Assembly: GCA_963796455.1 (NCBI GenBank)
Contig: CAWCLO010000001.1
Span: 800,001-864,000 of the forward strand
Source of the DNA: Candidatus Sulfomarinibacteraceae bacterium
Lineage (GTDB): Bacteria > Acidobacteriota > Thermoanaerobaculia > Thermoanaerobaculales > Sulfomarinibacteraceae
DNA length: 64,000 nt
Reading direction: 5' to 3'
Of this stretch, positions 60,565 through 64,000 are shown in pieces. The notes beneath the pieces were generated by a model that was not told the DNA's origin, did not search any database, and worked only from the letters and a program-made list of their open reading frames with translations. The position numbers were made by a program, and so were the translations under genes. The stretch's first letter is position 1; the number at the start of each line of letters is the position of its first letter.

Positions 60565-60662
60565 GTTTTGAGGTTTGAGTTATGAGGTTTGAGTTTCGGC
60601 ATCTCCAAAGAGTCGGGGTATCCGGGAGCCAACTCATAACTCATAACTCAAAACTCAAAACT
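60562..60662. repeat. Inverted 7-mer palindrome between convergent genes
   Basis: tgagttttgaggtttgagttatgag ... aactcataactcataactcaaaactcaaaact. Confidence 0.85.
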
Positions 60663-60665
60663 TTT

Positions 60666-61550
60666 TCAGCGTGCGCCGCCGATGACCAGGGCAGAGACGA
60701 TGATCCAGACCACGACACAAAAAAGCAGCGGCCGGTCGGTGATCAGGACCTTGGTCGGGCTGCCGCCCAGCTCGTGCCGGTGGAGCAGATAGAGATAGCG
60801 GAAAAGACCATAGAGAACGATCGGCACCGTGACCAACAGACCCTCTGAGCCCACCTTGGCCACCGTTTCCGGAGCCATCGTGTAAAGGGCATAGGTGACC
60901 AGGGTCGCGCCGAGCACGACCGTGATCGCGTGATCCACCATCGGCATCGTGTAGTGCCCGAGCACCACCCGGTGGGTCCCTGCCGACTCGCCGAGCGTGA
61001 CCAGCTCGGCCCGCCGTTTTCCAAGCGCCAGATAGAGGGCGAGCAGATAGGCGACCAGGAGGATCCACCGCGAGATCGGCAGATCGATGGCGATGATTCC
61101 GCCAAGAACACGGAGCACAAATCCTGCAGCCACGATCAGGACATCGAGAAAGACCGCTCTCTTGAGCACCAGCGAATACAAAACCACCAAAACCACGTAG
61201 CAGGCGACCACCGCCGGAAACCAACCGCCGATGACGGCAGCCAGCGTCATGGAGAAGATGAACAGCGCGATCGAGGTCACGATCGCGAGAGTCGGTGAGA
61301 TCTCTCCCGCGGCAATCGGCCGTTTGCATTTTTCCGGGTGCGACCGGTCCGCCTCCCGGTCGAGCAGATCATTGATCAGGTAGGTCGCTGAGGAGGCGGC
61401 ACAAAAGGCGACCGTGGCAATCAGACCGCGGGTCCAGGCCTCGGGGTCCGTGATCCGTCCCGAAAAGACGATCGGAGCCAGCACAAAACCGTTTTTGAGC
61501 CACTGCACCGGTCGCAGGCTGCGAATCAGGGCTTTCAACGTGGATGTCAC
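60666..61550 (-). CDS. Decaprenyl-phosphate phosphoribosyltransferase (UbiA family, Rv3806c-like)
   Basis: RPVQWLKN, YLINDLLDREADRSHPEKCKRPIAAG, GFVLR, KRRAE, YGLFRY, GGSPT. Confidence 0.9.
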   Translation of the reverse strand: MTSTLKALIRSLRPVQWLKNGFVLAPIVFSGRITDPEAWTRGLIATVAFCAASSATYLINDLLDREADRSHPEKCKRPIAAGEISPTLAIVTSIALFIFSMTLAAVIGGWFPAVVACYVVLVVLYSLVLKRAVFLDVLIVAAGFVLRVLGGIIAIDLPISRWILLVAYLLALYLALGKRRAELVTLGESAGTHRVVLGHYTMPMVDHAITVVLGATLVTYALYTMAPETVAKVGSEGLLVTVPIVLYGLFRYLYLLHRHELGGSPTKVLITDRPLLFCVVVWIIVSALVIGGAR

Positions 61551-61599
61551 CGGATCATTCTACCCGTTCCTGTTCCCGTGCTCGTTCCCGATCCCGGAT

Positions 61600-61846
61600 A
61601 ACAGCGGCAGCGACAGAAATCAGAGAACAGGGACAGTGTTCAGTGTTCAGCGGCAGGGGCCAGCGATCAGTAGTCAGTGGACAGTGATCAGCGGCAGCGG
61701 TCAGGAGTCCAGGCGAGGACGTGGTCGCCCCCGGGTCGTTCAACAAAAGGAGTAGCCGGCGGTTAGCCGCAGATGACTGAAACCCGATGCCGACAACTGT
61801 TCGCTGACACTGACTTCTGATCGCTGGCGCTGTCCCTGATCGCTGC
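61600..61846. repeat. Dispersed modular repeat copy (CAGCG arm, core, inverted arm)
   Basis: ccgggtcgttcaacaaaaggagtagccggcgg core, homologous to the 12.2-kb copy. Confidence 0.75.
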
Positions 61847-61858
61847 TAACATGACCAC

Positions 61859-63016
61859 ATGCAGCCATTGACGAGCGTTTTGCGGTGGGCAGTTCTGGTG
61901 GTCATATGCCTCCCCCTCTTCGCCTGTTTCGAGGACCCGATTCAAGAGCATGTCCACCTCAGTCTTCGCGGAACGGGGCCGGTGATCGTAACCGTGGTTC
62001 AGACGGTCGCCCCATCGGAGCGAGCACAGTCCAACGACGCGCTTGCAGATCGTCTCCAAGAATCACGGGACACGGTTGGAAGCGGTCTCGACCCGTGGAG
62101 CCGGCGTCTCGCGCTCGAACAGCCCCTGGCTGAACGTCAAACATCCGAGACGGTCGACGGAGAGCTGCGGCGGGTCCTGCACAGCGCGGTGCTCGAAACA
62201 TTTGACGAGGTCCTTCGCCTGCTCGAGGCCGATGGGCTCACCGGAAGCCTCGTCGTCGCAGACAGGATCGCCGATCTCCAGCTCTACCCGACCGGAGGTT
62301 CGCGGGCCACGGCGATGCAACAGCAGGAGGCCGACAGGCGGCTGCGAGAGTGGGCGGCCCAGATCGCGTATTACCTGGCGGCGATTTCCGATCTGTATTC
62401 GTACCTCGACAGCCGCCCCGACCGAGCCGCCGCGTGCTTCGCCCACCTCTTCGACATGCACGACGGTACCGAAGCAGCAGAACCCCTCACCAGCGAAGAA
62501 GAAGACCTCGCCGGTCGAGCGAAGGAAGAGATGGAGCTGGTGGCGGATGCTCTCCTGGTGCCGAACGACGTGGCCTTTTCCCTCAATGAACTGACCCGCC
62601 TCGTTTTCGATCCGTTTCCTGCTCGTCTGACCATCGCGGTGGACGGTCTGGTCCAGGAGAACATTGGTTTTGTTGATGGCGGAGGTTTCTTCGAACGTCC
62701 GTCGGTGGATGCGTGGAGTGCGCTCACTTCTCTCGAAGGTCGCTGGGTGTCGCCCGATCCGGTGACTGCAGCCGTTTCTCCCGCCCCTGACGACCGACAA
62801 CCACAACCGGATCCATCAGCTTTTGCAGCGCTGAACCGGAGCTGGTCTGAAGCGCCGACTGCCGCAGAAGTCGAGCAGGCGCTGCTCGATCTCCTGACTC
62901 CGGAGGAAATGCTCGCCCTGCGCTGGCGGGCAACTTCCGCTGCGGATGTGTCCGACGCATCGGGTACACCCTGGATGGCAATCATGGCCGCCGCCGAGGC
63001 GGCTCTTCCCGACTGA
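61859..63016 (+). CDS. Hypothetical lipoprotein
   Basis: Lipobox-like LFAC; 385-aa ORF; TAACAT box 6 nt before the ATG. Confidence 0.75.
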   Translation: MQPLTSVLRWAVLVVICLPLFACFEDPIQEHVHLSLRGTGPVIVTVVQTVAPSERAQSNDALADRLQESRDTVGSGLDPWSRRLALEQPLAERQTSETVDGELRRVLHSAVLETFDEVLRLLEADGLTGSLVVADRIADLQLYPTGGSRATAMQQQEADRRLREWAAQIAYYLAAISDLYSYLDSRPDRAAACFAHLFDMHDGTEAAEPLTSEEEDLAGRAKEEMELVADALLVPNDVAFSLNELTRLVFDPFPARLTIAVDGLVQENIGFVDGGGFFERPSVDAWSALTSLEGRWVSPDPVTAAVSPAPDDRQPQPDPSAFAALNRSWSEAPTAAEVEQALLDLLTPEEMLALRWRATSAADVSDASGTPWMAIMAAAEAALPD

Positions 63017-63074
63017 CCGGGAGTCTTTGCTAAAGTTCTCTACAGCGAGATCCGGTTTCAAAGGGAGAAGATCA

Positions 63075-64000
63075 ATGGCCGACCCCAGCGCCACTATTCC
63101 GCCCAAAGAACACATCGCCGCAAAGGCGCACATCGCCTCGATCGAGGAGTACGAGCGTCTCTATCGGATGTCCCTGGATGAACCCGAGGCGTTCTGGAGC
63201 CAGCAGGCCGAGCGGCTGACATGGTTCCACCGCTGGAACGCGGTCTTCGATCACGATTACGAAAACGTCGATTTCGGTTGGTATCTGGGTGGCCGGCTCA
63301 ACGCCTGCTTCAACTGCGTCGACCGCCATCTCCACGAACGCGGCGACCAGGACGCGATCATCTGGGTCAAGGACGAGCCCGGCGAATACGAACACATCAC
63401 CTACCGGCAGCTCAAACACGAGGTGAGCCGGGTCGCCAATGTTCTCCGCTTTCACGGTGTGCGGCGCGGTGACCGCGTTTGTCTCTACATGCCGATGATT
63501 CCGGAACTCGCCTACACCATGCTCGCCTGCGCCCGCATCGGCGCCGTCCACTCCATCGTCTTCGGAGGTTTCAGCGCCGAGTCGATCCGCGATCGCATCA
63601 AAGACGCCGGGGCGAAGATGATTGTGACGGCCAACTACGGACTGCGCGGCGGCCGGACCCTTCGTCTCAAGGAGACGGTGGATCGGGCGGTTGAGGGTCT
63701 CGATATGGTCAAGACCGTTCTGGTTGCCCGCCGCGTTGAAACCGATGTCGAGATGAAACCCGGCCGCGACTTCTGGCTCGATGAGGAGTGCCGCCGCCAA
63801 CGCTCGACCTGCACCTACGAGTGGATGGGTTCCGAGGACCCCCTTTTCATTCTCTATACATCCGGTTCGACGGGCAAACCGAAGGGCGTTCTCCATACCA
63901 CCGGCGGTTATATGGTCTATGCAGCGATGACCCACGAACTGGTCTTTGACTACCAACCCGGTGAGATCTACTTCTGCGCGGCCGACATCGGGTGGATCAC
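63075..64000 (+). CDS. acs: Acetyl-CoA synthetase (5' part, runs off the window)
   Basis: Hand translation gives NCVDRH, MLACARIGAVHSIVFGGFS, YTSGSTGKPKGVLHTTGGY and ADIGWIT. Confidence 0.95.
   Translation, partial: MADPSATIPPKEHIAAKAHIASIEEYERLYRMSLDEPEAFWSQQAERLTWFHRWNAVFDHDYENVDFGWYLGGRLNACFNCVDRHLHERGDQDAIIWVKDEPGEYEHITYRQLKHEVSRVANVLRFHGVRRGDRVCLYMPMIPELAYTMLACARIGAVHSIVFGGFSAESIRDRIKDAGAKMIVTANYGLRGGRTLRLKETVDRAVEGLDMVKTVLVARRVETDVEMKPGRDFWLDEECRRQRSTCTYEWMGSEDPLFILYTSGSTGKPKGVLHTTGGYMVYAAMTHELVFDYQPGEIYFCAADIGWI

Overview
GC-rich bacterial chromosome segment. Gene content suggests an uncultured diderm lineage such as Acidobacteriota/Thermoanaerobaculia, but that is inference only. It is mostly housekeeping and metabolic genes: dnaE, purH, acs, hemY-type oxidase, RNase HI, cyclophilin, yidD, ridA, polyprenyl synthase, peptide ABC transporters, SDRs and hydrolases. 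It also has one tRNA-Thr(CGU) and a MazEF-like/Phd/ADP-ribosylglycohydrolase cluster. The most striking feature is an intact, translationally coupled gatE-gatD pair (30935-34311), the Glu-tRNA(Gln) amidotransferase normally regarded as archaea-specific, embedded among clearly bacterial genes. Other signals: 12 starts with a TANNNT box exactly 6 nt upstream (leaderless architecture); many intergenic inverted microsatellite palindromes plus a modular ~400-bp dispersed repeat with an apparently covarying core; a tandem active+dead RNase H protein; an HDAC fused to a possible GNAT-like domain; a DprE1/DprE2/UbiA set; and three single-base frameshifts. No CRISPR array, rRNA, transposase or integrase was found. 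All family calls are from motif recognition, with no database searches.
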